DNA from: a bacterium
GTDB lineage: Bacteria; UBA8248
Direction: 5' to 3'
Assembly (NCBI GenBank): GCA_963692865.2
Contig: OY843592.1
Location: 3,808,001 to 3,872,000, forward strand
DNA length: 64,000 nt
The notes under the pieces were generated by a model. That model saw only the letters and a list, made by a program, of their open reading frames with translations, had not been told where the DNA came from and did no database searches. Below are positions 48,045 to 58,301 of the stretch, one piece after another (position 1 is the stretch's first letter; each line of letters opens with the position of its first letter). The translations under genes and the position numbers were made by a program.

Positions 48045-49169
48045 CTAGTCCGGCTTGAGCAGAACTTTCAGGCACTCCCCCGTGCCCGTGACCTCGATGC
48101 CCGCCTGCACCTGGGAGAGGGGCAGACGGTGGGTGAAGATGTCGTCAACCGGGAGCGTCGTCCTCAGGAGCATGTCCATCGCCGGCTCGAACTGCACTTG
48201 CGGATAGGCCCATGAGCCGCAGATGTCCACGTCCTTGTTGCACACCTGGTGGGGCCTGATCTCCACCCCGCCCGGGTCGCCGTAGTGCCCGACTTCCACT
48301 AGCTTTCCGCCCCGGCGGACGAGGTCCAGCCCCTCGGCGAAGGCCGCCGGAACGCCCGCCGCCTCGACCACCACGTCCGGCCCCACGCCGTCCGTCCAGG
48401 AGAGGACCTGCTCTTTCCTTTCTTCGGGCGTGAGCGCCGCCAGGCTCACCGTCTTCGTGGCGCCGAATTTTCTGGAGAACGCGAGTCTCTCCTCGGTCAT
48501 GTCCACCGCGATGATCTCGCCCGCCCCCATCGTCTTGAGTGCGGCCACCACGAGCAGCCCGATGGGGCCCACGCCCATGACGGCGCACCGCGCGCCCACG
48601 CCGAACCCCTCCCCCGCGTAGGGGATGCCCGGGGAGAGCGAGCGCCCCGCCGCCCTCTGGGCCACGGCCAGTGGTTCACAGAGCGTGGCCCGCTCAAGCG
48701 ACAGACCCTCGGGCAGCTTCAGGACGAAGGAGTTCCCCTGAATGTACATGTATTCCGAATACGCCCCGAAAAGGTGCGGCGCCTCGGCGGAGGTGCGGAA
48801 CCCGAACACCGTGCGGTTCGGGCACAACTGGGGCCGGTGCGGCGCGTGAATGCAGAACCAGCACTTGCCGCACGCCTGGCTGCCCGGCGTCACGGTGATG
48901 GCGTCGCCCTCCCTGATGGGGCCGCCCACGATCTTCATGTTCGAATTCGCCAGCGGCCCCATCTTCTCGATGATTCCGCTGAACTCGTGCCCCGGAATCA
49001 CCGGCCACGCCACGTTCAGGTTGCCTCCGTACATGTGCTTGTCCGAACCGCAGACGCCCACGGCGGCCACCCGCATCAACAGGGCGTCGTCCTCAATCTC
49101 GGGCATGGGGTATTCGCGCAGGGCGATCTCGCCCGGCTGTAGAATCGTGGCGGCCTGAACGGTGGACAT
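48045..49169 (-). CDS. Zinc-binding alcohol/polyol dehydrogenase
   Basis: GVCGSD, GHEF, CGKCWFC..C and GVGPIG motifs. Confidence 0.92.
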   Translation of the reverse strand: MSTVQAATILQPGEIALREYPMPEIEDDALLMRVAAVGVCGSDKHMYGGNLNVAWPVIPGHEFSGIIEKMGPLANSNMKIVGGPIREGDAITVTPGSQACGKCWFCIHAPHRPQLCPNRTVFGFRTSAEAPHLFGAYSEYMYIQGNSFVLKLPEGLSLERATLCEPLAVAQRAAGRSLSPGIPYAGEGFGVGARCAVMGVGPIGLLVVAALKTMGAGEIIAVDMTEERLAFSRKFGATKTVSLAALTPEERKEQVLSWTDGVGPDVVVEAAGVPAAFAEGLDLVRRGGKLVEVGHYGDPGGVEIRPHQVCNKDVDICGSWAYPQVQFEPAMDMLLRTTLPVDDIFTHRLPLSQVQAGIEVTGTGECLKVLLKPD

Positions 49170-49321
49170 CGAATCCCTCTCCTCGAAGTGATGGCTTTAG
49201 ACCTAAGAAAAACCGGCGCGAGCCTCTCGGCAAGTTGTGATGCGCGCTACTTTAGCGTATCTCTGATTCGCGCCACAATGAACGCAGTGGAAGCGAACCC
49301 CGAACCTGTTGAGGATACTCC

Positions 49322-50185
49322 ATGTCGCTCGATAAGACGCTCGCCATCTTCGGCTACCCCCTGGGGCATACGCTCTCGCCCGTCATGCACAACGCGGCGG
49401 CGGAGAAGCTGGGGCTGCCCTACCGCTTCACGGCCTACGAGGTGCGCCCGGACCGCTACGAGGAGGCGGTTCGCGGCGCGGCGGCGATGGGTTTCGCGGG
49501 CTTTTGCGTCACCATCCCCCACAAGGTGGCCACCTTCCGGCTGATGGACGACTTGAGCGAGGACGCGAAACTCATGGGCGCGGTGAACATGGTGACGTTC
49601 GAGGAGGGCGGCAGGCTCAAGGGCCACAACACCGACGGCGCGGGCTGGCTCCGCTCCCTGGAAGAGGAAACAGGCGTCTCCCCACAAGGAAAAAGATGCC
49701 TGCTGCTGGGCGCGGGCGGGGCCGCAAGGGCCATCGCCATCAAGCTCGCGCAAACGGGCGCCGCGCACGTCGAGATTCGTAACCGCACGGCGGAGAAGGC
49801 GGCGGCGCTGGCGGGCGAGGTGAAATCCCATTTTCCTCAAGTAGAAATTCATGGAGGCGGCCTGGATGCGCTTGAATCCGCCGCCCTGGGGCGGGATATT
49901 ATCGTCAACACGACGAGCCTGGGGATGAGCGGGGATGAGGCGCGGGAGGCGGCCTGCCCCCTGCCCGAGGAGTTCATACCGCCGGACAGCATCTGCGCCG
50001 ATGCGGTCTACAACCCGCTCGACACCCCGTTCCTGAAAGCCGCCCGGCGCAGAGGCGCGCGCGCCGTCTCGGGGGTCGGCTGGCTTTTGCACCAGGGCGC
50101 TCTGGGCTGGGAGCTTTGGACGGGCACGCAGATGCCGGTCGAACACGTGCGCGAGAAGATGCTCGAAGCGCTTCGGAACCGATAG
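49322..50185 (+). CDS. aroE: Shikimate dehydrogenase
   Basis: HTLSPVMHN, VTIPHK, GHNTDG and GAGGAA motifs. Confidence 0.92.
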   Translation: MSLDKTLAIFGYPLGHTLSPVMHNAAAEKLGLPYRFTAYEVRPDRYEEAVRGAAAMGFAGFCVTIPHKVATFRLMDDLSEDAKLMGAVNMVTFEEGGRLKGHNTDGAGWLRSLEEETGVSPQGKRCLLLGAGGAARAIAIKLAQTGAAHVEIRNRTAEKAAALAGEVKSHFPQVEIHGGGLDALESAALGRDIIVNTTSLGMSGDEAREAACPLPEEFIPPDSICADAVYNPLDTPFLKAARRRGARAVSGVGWLLHQGALGWELWTGTQMPVEHVREKMLEALRNR

Positions 50186-50218
50186 CATCCACTTGAGACA
50201 AGGAGCCTGAGAAATTCC

Positions 50219-51409
50219 ATGAGTATGCCGCTTGAGGGGATTCGCGTCCTCGATCTTTCCAGAATACTGGCGGGGCCGTTCTGTACCATGATGCTCGGCG
50301 ACATGGGGGCGGAGGTCATCAAGGTCGAAAACCCCGTCGGCGGAGACGACACGCGCGGCTGGCCGCCTTTTTACGAGGGAGGCGAGAGCAGTTACTTCCA
50401 GTCCGTGAACCGCAACAAGAAAAGCCTCACGCTGAACTTGAAAGCCGAGGAAGGAAAAGAGGTTTTAAGGGCGCTCGTCGAGAAATCGGACGTCCTCATC
50501 CAGAACTTCCGGCCCGGCGCCATCGAGCGGCTCGGCTTCGACTGGGATACCTGCCACGCGCTCAACCCCCGGCTCATTTACGCCAGCGTCTCGGGCTACG
50601 GCCAGAGCGGCCCCTCCAAGGAGAGGCCCGCCTACGACATCCTCTTACAGGGCGAAGGCGGACTCATGAGCATCACGGGGGCCGAGGGAGGCGGCGGCTT
50701 CAAGACGGGCATCGCCATCGCCGACCTCACCACCGCCATGTTCGCAACCCAGGGGATTCTGCTGGCCATCATCGCCCGCGAGAAGACGGGGGAGGGCCAA
50801 TATGTCGACACGGCCATCCAGGACGGACAGGCCGCGCTGATGAGCCACGCCGCGGGCAACTTCTTCGCCACGGGAACCCCGCCCGGACGGCTGGGGAACC
50901 GCCATCCGAGCATCGCGCCCTACCGCGATTTTCCCTGCTCGGACGGGGAACTCATCGTCGCGGCGGCCAACGACTCCTTGTGGCAGCGGTTCGCCCGCGC
51001 TATCGGCAGGGCCGATCTGGCGGACGACCCCAAATGGACCACGAACGCGGCGCGCGTCTCGGGGCGCGATGAACTCGAAGCCGAGATCGAGGAGACCATG
51101 CGGGTCAAGACCCGCACGGAGTGGGCCGAAATCGTATCGGATGCCGGCGTGCCCTGCGGGCCGGTGCGGACGATTGAGGAGTTGTGCGCGGACCCGCAGA
51201 TCCATCACCGCGAGATGGTCGTCGAGATGGAGCACGCGAGGACCGGCGTTCTGAAGGTGATGGGCAACCCCATGAAGCTCTCGGACACGCCCGGCGAACT
51301 CCGCATGCCCCCTCCCCTGCTGGGTGAACACACCGAGGAAATCCTCTCCGGCCTGTTGGCCAAGTCGGACGGGGAGATCGCCGCGCTGAAAGAAAAGGGC
51401 GTCGCATAG
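50219..51409 (+). CDS. CaiB/BaiF class III CoA-transferase
   Basis: LEGIRVLDLSRILAGP, NRNKKS, NFRPG and PPLLGEHT motifs. Confidence 0.93.
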   Translation: MSMPLEGIRVLDLSRILAGPFCTMMLGDMGAEVIKVENPVGGDDTRGWPPFYEGGESSYFQSVNRNKKSLTLNLKAEEGKEVLRALVEKSDVLIQNFRPGAIERLGFDWDTCHALNPRLIYASVSGYGQSGPSKERPAYDILLQGEGGLMSITGAEGGGGFKTGIAIADLTTAMFATQGILLAIIAREKTGEGQYVDTAIQDGQAALMSHAAGNFFATGTPPGRLGNRHPSIAPYRDFPCSDGELIVAAANDSLWQRFARAIGRADLADDPKWTTNAARVSGRDELEAEIEETMRVKTRTEWAEIVSDAGVPCGPVRTIEELCADPQIHHREMVVEMEHARTGVLKVMGNPMKLSDTPGELRMPPPLLGEHTEEILSGLLAKSDGEIAALKEKGVA

Positions 51410-51429
51410 CGTTCATGGGGAGCCAAGCC

Positions 51430-51458
51430 TTGTCAGACGCGGCCCTCGCCGATAGGAT
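51430..51458 (+). promoter_or_regulatory. Putative sigma70 promoter of the cof operon
   Basis: TTGTCA-N17-TAGGAT. Confidence 0.5.
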
Positions 51459-51503
51459 GCGGGAGAAATCGCGGACTTTACTCGATTTGAGCGGAGAAGC
51501 GCC

Positions 51504-52505
51504 CTGAGAACCGTCACGTATTCATTCAACTTCACCTTGCCCATCACGAACTGGTGCGTGAACCACTGCGGCTATTGCAGCTTTCGCAGCAGCGTTCCCC
51601 TCCTGCTTTCGATGGAGGAGTGCGAACGGCTCGCGAAGCAGGCCCATGCGCAGGGCGTGGTCGAGGCGCTCGTCATGACGGGCGAGGGAATCGACCGGCA
51701 CAAGGGCCTTAAACATCAGTTGAAAGAATGGGGGCATGACTCCTACGCCGCCTATACGGCCGAGGTGTGCAAAATGTGCCTCGAGGTCGGCCTGCTGCCC
51801 CACGCCAACATCGGCACGCTGGAGGAATGGGAATACGAGATACTGAAACCCTACAACGTCTCGATGGGCATGATGATGGAGACCGTCAGCGCAGAAGCCA
51901 CGCGCATCGCCCACCGGACGGCGCCGACGAAAACGCCCGAGGTCCGGCTCGCCTCCCTGGAGGCGGCGGGCAAGCTCGGAATAGCGTTCACGACGGGAAT
52001 CCTGGTCGGCATCGGGGAATCGCCCGAAGAGCGCGTCGAGACGCTGGAAGCCATCGCCGAGGCGCACAGCCGCTACGGACACATTCAGGAGATTATCCTG
52101 CAACCCCTCAACCCCCAGCCCCTGACGCCCATGGCCAAGTGGACCCGGCCGCCGGATGAGGAGGTCGCGGCGCTGATACCCGAAGCGCAAAGGCTCATGC
52201 CGGGCGTGCACATACAGGTTCCGCCGAACCTGGTGGACGACCTGCTCGGCCTCATCATGGCGGGGGCGGACGACATCGGGGGCATCGCGCCTGAACCGGA
52301 TCACATCAACCCGAACCGCCATTGGCCGAAACTGGGGAATCTCGACCAATCCCTCCATCAGGAAGACATCGCGCTGCGCCTGCGGATGCCGGTGTATGAC
52401 GAATTCATCGAGGCGGGCTGGTGTCCGCCCGAAACCCTGCCCGCGCTCCGCCGGATGCTGGAGCGGCGCGAAGCGCAGGAAGCCCTGCCCGTGGAGATCG
52501 CATGA
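51504..52505 (+). CDS. cofG: FO synthase subunit CofG (probable CTG start)
   Basis: VTYS..., CVNHCGYC radical-SAM motif, LLPHAN, FTTGILVGIGE and DHINP..WP. Confidence 0.92.
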   Translation: MRTVTYSFNFTLPITNWCVNHCGYCSFRSSVPLLLSMEECERLAKQAHAQGVVEALVMTGEGIDRHKGLKHQLKEWGHDSYAAYTAEVCKMCLEVGLLPHANIGTLEEWEYEILKPYNVSMGMMMETVSAEATRIAHRTAPTKTPEVRLASLEAAGKLGIAFTTGILVGIGESPEERVETLEAIAEAHSRYGHIQEIILQPLNPQPLTPMAKWTRPPDEEVAALIPEAQRLMPGVHIQVPPNLVDDLLGLIMAGADDIGGIAPEPDHINPNRHWPKLGNLDQSLHQEDIALRLRMPVYDEFIEAGWCPPETLPALRRMLERREAQEALPVEIA

Positions 52506-53755
52506 GCGTCCCCTTCGCCCATGAAGTTCTCGACGCCTTCGAGGCGGGAGAGGAAATCCCGCGCGAGGGCGCCACCACCCTGCTCGCCGAGCGGGATGCG
52601 GAGTTCACCGAGCGCCTTTACGCGACGGCGGACGCGGAGAGAAAAGAGGCCGTCGGCGACGAGGTGAGCTACGTCATCAACGCGAACGTGAATTTCACGA
52701 ACGTATGCTACACGGATTGCAAATACTGCGGCTTCTGGCGGAGGCCGAACGCGCCGGACGCCTACACGCACGACGACGACGTGCTGCGCGAGAAATTCGA
52801 GCGCGCGAGGGATTTCGGCGTGCGCGAAATCTGCATGCAGGGGGGACTGAACCCCCAGATATCCATAGACCGCTACGAGGAGGTGCTCAGGCTCGCGCGC
52901 GAAGTCATCCCCGGCGTTCACATGCACGCCTATTCGCCCGCGGAAGTCGACCACATCCAGCGAAAGACCAGGCTGCCGCTCGAAGTGGTGCTCACAAGGC
53001 TCAAGGAAGCGGGTCTCGGGTCCGTCCCCGGAACGGCCGCCGAGATTCTCGTGGAAAGGGTGAAGAAGCTCATCAGCCCGGGAAGAATCCCCGTCGAGAG
53101 ATGGTGCGAGATTATCAGAACCGCCCACGCCGTGGGCATCCCGACGACGTCCACCGTCATGTACGGCCACATCGAGAGCAGCGCCGACCTGGCCGAGCAC
53201 ATGGATATTCTCCGGAAGATGCAAAAAGATTCGCTCAAGACGGACGGAGAGGGCCGGTTCACGGAGTTCGTCCCCCTGCCCTTCATCCCTTACGACAACA
53301 AGATGGGCGAGGAGTTCGGCATCGAGGAGATGGCGGACCTCGAAACCATCCTGAAGCTCCATGCCGTCGCCCGGCTCTTCTTCCGGGGAATTATCGCCAA
53401 CATTCAGGTGGCGTGGCCCAAGATCGGTATCGACGCCGCGAAGAAGGCGCTCTCCCTCGGGGTGAACGACCTGGGTGGAACGCTGATCGAGGAGAACATC
53501 TCCAGAGAGTCGGGTTCGGAATACGGGCAAAGCCTGAGCCCCAGGCAGTTCAACGACGCCATCCTGGGAGCGGGGCGCACTCCCGTCCAGCGCACGACCA
53601 CCTACGACATCATCCGCGAAGACGACCCGCGATACCGCCGCCCGCGCGCGGATGACGAGGCGCTGCTCGGCGCCGGCTTCTCGGGCGGGAGAAAAGAAGG
53701 CGACTTCATCCCGGAAAACCACCTGGGCGTCTCGAGCGCCGAACGCCCCCGCTAA
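52502..53755 (+). CDS. cofH: FO synthase subunit CofH
   Basis: NVNFTNVCYTDCKYC, VPGTAAEIL, FTEFVPLPF and NDLGGTL.EE.ISR motifs; follows cofG. Confidence 0.92.
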   Translation: MSVPFAHEVLDAFEAGEEIPREGATTLLAERDAEFTERLYATADAERKEAVGDEVSYVINANVNFTNVCYTDCKYCGFWRRPNAPDAYTHDDDVLREKFERARDFGVREICMQGGLNPQISIDRYEEVLRLAREVIPGVHMHAYSPAEVDHIQRKTRLPLEVVLTRLKEAGLGSVPGTAAEILVERVKKLISPGRIPVERWCEIIRTAHAVGIPTTSTVMYGHIESSADLAEHMDILRKMQKDSLKTDGEGRFTEFVPLPFIPYDNKMGEEFGIEEMADLETILKLHAVARLFFRGIIANIQVAWPKIGIDAAKKALSLGVNDLGGTLIEENISRESGSEYGQSLSPRQFNDAILGAGRTPVQRTTTYDIIREDDPRYRRPRADDEALLGAGFSGGRKEGDFIPENHLGVSSAERPR

Positions 53756-53774
53756 CCGGCCGGAGAAAGAACCC

Positions 53775-55217
53775 TTGAACGAACTTCACCATCACTCCTT
53801 CAAAGACATGATGAACGACGTGGTGGACGCGGGCAGTTGCTGCGAGTGCGGAAGCTGCGTCCTCGTCTGCCCACACAACGTCATCGAATACATCGACGCC
53901 AAGCCCAAGCAGACGGCCAAGGCGAAGGCCGATTTCGATTACTGCGGCATCAGCGAGGGGGTGGGCTGCGACGTTTGCGCGTCGGTGTGCCCGAGGCTCT
54001 GGCCGAGGGAGATTCACCTGAAAGACGCCACCTTCGGTGAAACGAGGAGCGAGACCTACGAGGGAATTTTCGGCGCCTACCAGCACATCTTCATGGCGAG
54101 AACAAAGCGCGACGACGTGATGGAGCGCGCCCAGGACGGCGGCATCGTCACTGCGCTGCTCGCATGGGCGCTCGAGGCGGGCGTCATCGACGGGGCGGTG
54201 GTCTCCGCCGTCGGGGAGGACGACCCGCCGTGCGACCCGAGTCCCAAGGTCGCCACGACCTACGAGGAGATTCGCGCGAGCGCGGGTAGCTGGTACACCT
54301 ACTGCCCGAACAACCTCGCGCTCGAAGAGGTGAAAGAAAGGGATTTGAAGAAAGTGGGCTTCGTGGGCGTTCCCTGCCAGGTCACGCCCGTGCGCAAGAT
54401 GGAGCTCATCGACCCCTCCTTTCTGGTCTCGCACAAGAAAAGGCCCCAGCACATCGAGAAACAGCGCGGCTTCCTGAGAGGCTTCGCCGAGCGCGTGGCG
54501 TTCCAGATCGGCCTGTTCTGCACGGAGGTTTTCACCTTCGACCTGATGACGGAGAAAATCGAAAAGGACCTCGGCATCCCCCTCACGGAAGTGGCGAAGT
54601 TCAACGTGAAGGGGGAAGTCCTCGTGCACAAGAAAGACGGGGAACTCGTCACCTTCTCGCTCCAGGAGGCGATGGAGAACTACCAGCGCCCCGAATGCCA
54701 GCACTGCGCGGATTTCTCCGCCGAACTCGCGGACATCGCCTGCGGCGGCGTGGGAACGCGGGGCTGGACCATCGTGGTGCTGCGGACCGAGAAGGGCAAG
54801 GAGATCTGGAAAGAATTCGAAAAAGAAGGCCTCGTGGAGATCCAGCCGATACAGGAGAACCGGCGGGCCTGGAACATCCTGCACATTCTTGCGAGAAGGC
54901 AGCGCAACCGCGTGCCGACGATGGGGCCCAAGAGCGGCACGCCGGAGGGCCTCCCCCAGTACGACCCGTTCGATGGCGCCGGCTTCGCCGCGCAAAGCAT
55001 GATCGACAGCCCCAAAACGCCCGAGGAACTCGAAGAATGCCTCGCCACGGCCTATGGGGAGGAGGCGCGCCCCGTCGGCGTGCGCGGCTTTATGGCGGGC
55101 CGGCCGATTCCGGACGACCCGGGCGACCCGCCCCCCGGGGAGAAGCGCAAACTTCCACCACCCCCGAGTCCGGCCCAGGGCGGCGCGCCGCCGGGCTGGG
55201 AGCCTCAAGAGTCATAA
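53775..55217 (+). CDS. FrhB/FdhB/FpoF-family F420-interacting flavoprotein with 2x[4Fe-4S] domain
   Basis: CCECGSC..VCP, CDVCASVCP, AQDGGIVTALL, VGVPCQ, IGLFC and C..C.DFSAELADI motifs. TTG start after GGAG. Confidence 0.88.
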   Translation: MNELHHHSFKDMMNDVVDAGSCCECGSCVLVCPHNVIEYIDAKPKQTAKAKADFDYCGISEGVGCDVCASVCPRLWPREIHLKDATFGETRSETYEGIFGAYQHIFMARTKRDDVMERAQDGGIVTALLAWALEAGVIDGAVVSAVGEDDPPCDPSPKVATTYEEIRASAGSWYTYCPNNLALEEVKERDLKKVGFVGVPCQVTPVRKMELIDPSFLVSHKKRPQHIEKQRGFLRGFAERVAFQIGLFCTEVFTFDLMTEKIEKDLGIPLTEVAKFNVKGEVLVHKKDGELVTFSLQEAMENYQRPECQHCADFSAELADIACGGVGTRGWTIVVLRTEKGKEIWKEFEKEGLVEIQPIQENRRAWNILHILARRQRNRVPTMGPKSGTPEGLPQYDPFDGAGFAAQSMIDSPKTPEELEECLATAYGEEARPVGVRGFMAGRPIPDDPGDPPPGEKRKLPPPPSPAQGGAPPGWEPQES

Positions 55218-55218
55218 G

Positions 55219-55854
55219 TTGGATACCCCCGGCCTCACAGACAAAAAACCGGCGCTAAGCATTTCTCTCGATGAGGCGCTGCGCAAAAGGCGCTCCATCC
55301 GGCATTTCACGGGAAAACCCGTTCCGATGGAGATACTCGAAACCGCCCTCTCCGCCGCGTGCCTGGCCCCCAGCCCGCACGGGACGAGTCCGTGGCGGTT
55401 TTGCATCCTCGATTCCAAGGAGGCGAAGGAAACCCTGGCCGCCGAGATGGGCGAGGACTTTCTCCGCGACATGGAAGCGGAGGGCGTTCCCGAAGAAGAG
55501 CGCCGACGCCGCCACCAAGGGAGCATCCGTTTGCTCACCGGCGCGCCCGCGCTCATCATGGCGGCGCTCTCCTTCGCGGACCTGGACGTTTACGAAGAAC
55601 CCGCAAAACAGACCAACGAGTGGATGATGGCCGAACACAGCCTGGGCGGCGCTCTTCAGAACCTGATGCTCGCCCTGGCGGCGCAGGGAGTGGGTTCGGT
55701 CTGGCGCTGCGCTCCCCTGTTCTGCCCCGAAACGGCCCGTAAGGCCCTCGATTTGCCCGCCGACTGGGTTCCCAGGGCGCTCATCGTCGCGGGCTATCCC
55801 GCACAGCAGCCCCCTCCCAAAGAAACGCCCGAGCCGGTGCTGATCGTCCGATGA
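55219..55854 (+). CDS. Nitroreductase similar to the FbiB C-terminal domain (putative dehydro-F420 reductase)
   Basis: RRSIRHF, APSPHGTSPWRF, GGALQNLML and W.CAPLFCP motifs; cof operon context. Confidence 0.8.
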   Translation: MDTPGLTDKKPALSISLDEALRKRRSIRHFTGKPVPMEILETALSAACLAPSPHGTSPWRFCILDSKEAKETLAAEMGEDFLRDMEAEGVPEEERRRRHQGSIRLLTGAPALIMAALSFADLDVYEEPAKQTNEWMMAEHSLGGALQNLMLALAAQGVGSVWRCAPLFCPETARKALDLPADWVPRALIVAGYPAQQPPPKETPEPVLIVR

Positions 55855-56807
55855 GTTTTTCCGGTCCGGTCGTTGCGCTCGCAGGCGGAGTGGGCGGCGC
55901 CAAGCTCGCCGTCGGCCTCGCCCATGCGCTCCCCGAGGGGGCGCTCACCGTCATCGTGAACACGGCGGACGACCTGGCGCTCCACGGCCTGCACATCAGC
56001 CCCGACATCGACACCGTGATGTACAATCTGGCGGGCATGTCCAACCCCGAGACGGGCTGGGGCATCGACGGCGACGGAACGAGCGCGCTCGACCTCCTGG
56101 GACGCTACGGAGGGCCGACATGGTTCCGGCTGGGCGATATGGACCTGGCGACCCACATCCGCAGAACCCAGCGCCTGGCCGAGGGCGCGCGCCTGACGGA
56201 GGTGACGCGCGAACTCACAGCCTCCCTGGGCGTAAAAGCGAACATCCTGCCCATGACGGACTCCCCCATCGCCACGCGCGTGAAGACGCCGGAAGGGGAA
56301 CTCGAGTTTCAGGACTACTTCGTCGCCAGGGGAACGCGGCCGAGCGTACGCGGGGTGCGCTTTCAGGGGGCGGATGAGGCGCGCGCAACGCCCGAGGTGA
56401 TGCGCGCGTTCGACGAGGCGCGCGCCATCGTGTTCTGTCCATCGAACCCCATTGTGAGCATCGGCCCCATTCTCGCGATATCGGATATCCATGAGCGCCT
56501 GCGCCGCGCGTCCGCGCCGCGCGTGGGGGTGAGCCCCATCATCGGGGGCGCCGCCCTGAGAGGCCCCGCCGCCGAGATGCTGAAAAGCCTCGGGCACGAG
56601 GTATCGGCTCTGGGCGTCGCCCGGATTCTCAAGGACGTGCTCGACGGGTTCGTCGTGGACACCGAGGATAAAGCCCTTGTTTCATCCATCGAGGAGATGG
56701 GGCTTGAGAGCATCGCGCTTCCCAGCATCATGTCCGACATTGATTCAAAGAAAAAACTGGCCCAAGGCGTTTTGGCGTTCGCCTCGTCGATGCAAAAGAT
56801 GGCATAA
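55851..56807 (+). CDS. cofD: 2-phospho-L-lactate/PEP transferase
   Basis: LAGGVGGAK, NTADD, SPDIDT, LGDMDLATH and PSNPIVSI motifs. Confidence 0.95.
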   Translation: MSFSGPVVALAGGVGGAKLAVGLAHALPEGALTVIVNTADDLALHGLHISPDIDTVMYNLAGMSNPETGWGIDGDGTSALDLLGRYGGPTWFRLGDMDLATHIRRTQRLAEGARLTEVTRELTASLGVKANILPMTDSPIATRVKTPEGELEFQDYFVARGTRPSVRGVRFQGADEARATPEVMRAFDEARAIVFCPSNPIVSIGPILAISDIHERLRRASAPRVGVSPIIGGAALRGPAAEMLKSLGHEVSALGVARILKDVLDGFVVDTEDKALVSSIEEMGLESIALPSIMSDIDSKKKLAQGVLAFASSMQKMA

Positions 56808-56856
56808 GAGGTTTCAGGTATACTGAAACACGTTTTCTCTTACCAAACCGGGATGG

Positions 56857-57513
56857 ATGATGAATCTTCCGAGCCGTTGCGTCGCCCTGATACCGGTCCG
56901 CGATTTCAGAACCGGAAACTCGAGGCTCGCCCAGACTCTGGACGAGAACACAAGAAACCAGTTGGGCCGCTGGATGCTCGAGCGCGTCCTGAAAGCGGTC
57001 GGTTCTGCGGAGCGCGTCGATGAAATCGCGGTGCTGAGCGATTCCGCGGAAGTCCTGACTCTGGCCGGTGAATACGGCGCGGTCGGCTTGCTCCAGGAAT
57101 CAGGCGGGCTGAACAACGATCTGGAAACCGGACGCTCTTGGGCGAGGGGGAGAAACGCTTGTTCCTTGTTCATCGTCCACGGAGATTTGCCGTTTCTGAC
57201 GAGCGAGGAAGTGAACGCTTTTATCGAAGAGCGTGAACTTTCGGAAAATGCAGGGAGCGACATACGCATCGCCCGCTCGAAAGACGGCGGCACGACCGCG
57301 CTCTTCACCCGGCCGATCGACGCGATTCCCTTCCTGTTCGGGGAGCGGAGCTTCGAGAAACACCACTCCGCAGCGAGGAGATACGGCCGCGAGGCGCAAT
57401 CTTTTGAATCGTTCGGCTTCGCGCACGACATCGACTCGCCCGAGGACCTCGAATTCCTGCTCTCTCGTGAAAGGGAAGCGCCGGGGTGGCTGGCTTCCGC
57501 TCCCATGAGATGA
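56857..57513 (+). CDS. cofC: Phospholactate/PEP guanylyltransferase (CofC/FbiD)
   Basis: LIPVR....NSRLA, GLNN, GDLP, GGT, FG..SF..H and DIDSPEDL motifs. Confidence 0.88.
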   Translation: MMNLPSRCVALIPVRDFRTGNSRLAQTLDENTRNQLGRWMLERVLKAVGSAERVDEIAVLSDSAEVLTLAGEYGAVGLLQESGGLNNDLETGRSWARGRNACSLFIVHGDLPFLTSEEVNAFIEERELSENAGSDIRIARSKDGGTTALFTRPIDAIPFLFGERSFEKHHSAARRYGREAQSFESFGFAHDIDSPEDLEFLLSREREAPGWLASAPMR

Positions 57514-58271
57514 AAAACGTCGAAATCATCCCCGTCGCCGGCTTGCCGGAAATCAAGGAGGGCGACGCGCTTGCGCCCCTGATCCTGAATGCGCTCGAAA
57601 CGGGCGGCGTGAGAATCCGGGATCGGGACGTGCTCGTTCTCGCGCAAAAGATCGTCAGCAAGGCCGAAGGCAGGGTGTTGGATCTGAAAAGCGTCGAGCC
57701 GTCCCAGGAAGCCCTCGAAATCGCGGACCGCGACGGGCGCGACCCCAGGCTCGTCGAGGCGGTGCTCAGAGAGTCGAACGAGATCGTCGTCGCTTCCGAG
57801 CGCGCGCTCATCGCGGAGCACCGCTCGGGCGCGGTATGCGCCCATGCGGGGATAGACCGCTCGAACTTAAGAGGCAGCGAAGATGAGGCGCTGCTTCTGC
57901 CCCGCGACGCCGACCTCTCCGCCCGGAAACTCCATGAAGAGATCCAAAGCGCGGCGAACGCCTTCGTTCCCGTCCTCATCGCCGACACCCAGGGGCGCGC
58001 TTTTCGCCGGGGCGTCGTCGGCGTGGCGATAGGGTGCGCGGGGCTGGAGCCCCTGGTGGACTTGAGAGGAGAGAAAGACCGCAGCGGCCGCACGCTCGAA
58101 ATCACCATACTCGCGCACGCGGATGAAATCGCCGCGGCGGCCAGCCTCGTGATGGGACAGGACAAGCAGGGCGTTCCCGCCGTCCTGATTCGCGGACTCA
58201 AGTATCATGAGGGAGACCGACCCGCGCAGACGCTCTACCGCACGAAAGAAGAAGACCTGTTTCGCCCATGA
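57510..58271 (+). CDS. cofE: F420-0:gamma-glutamyl ligase
   Basis: KIVSKAEGR, AGIDRSN, DTQGRAFRRG and ADEIAAAA motifs. Confidence 0.93.
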   Translation: MKNVEIIPVAGLPEIKEGDALAPLILNALETGGVRIRDRDVLVLAQKIVSKAEGRVLDLKSVEPSQEALEIADRDGRDPRLVEAVLRESNEIVVASERALIAEHRSGAVCAHAGIDRSNLRGSEDEALLLPRDADLSARKLHEEIQSAANAFVPVLIADTQGRAFRRGVVGVAIGCAGLEPLVDLRGEKDRSGRTLEITILAHADEIAAAASLVMGQDKQGVPAVLIRGLKYHEGDRPAQTLYRTKEEDLFRP

Positions 58272-58301
58272 GATCACAACCTTTCATATAAGGATGCGCC
58301 C

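Noticed and set aside
52502-53755. MqnC/MqnE (menaquinone) assignment for the second radical-SAM gene
   Set aside because: Overlap with cofG and the cofC/cofD/cofE context favour CofH.
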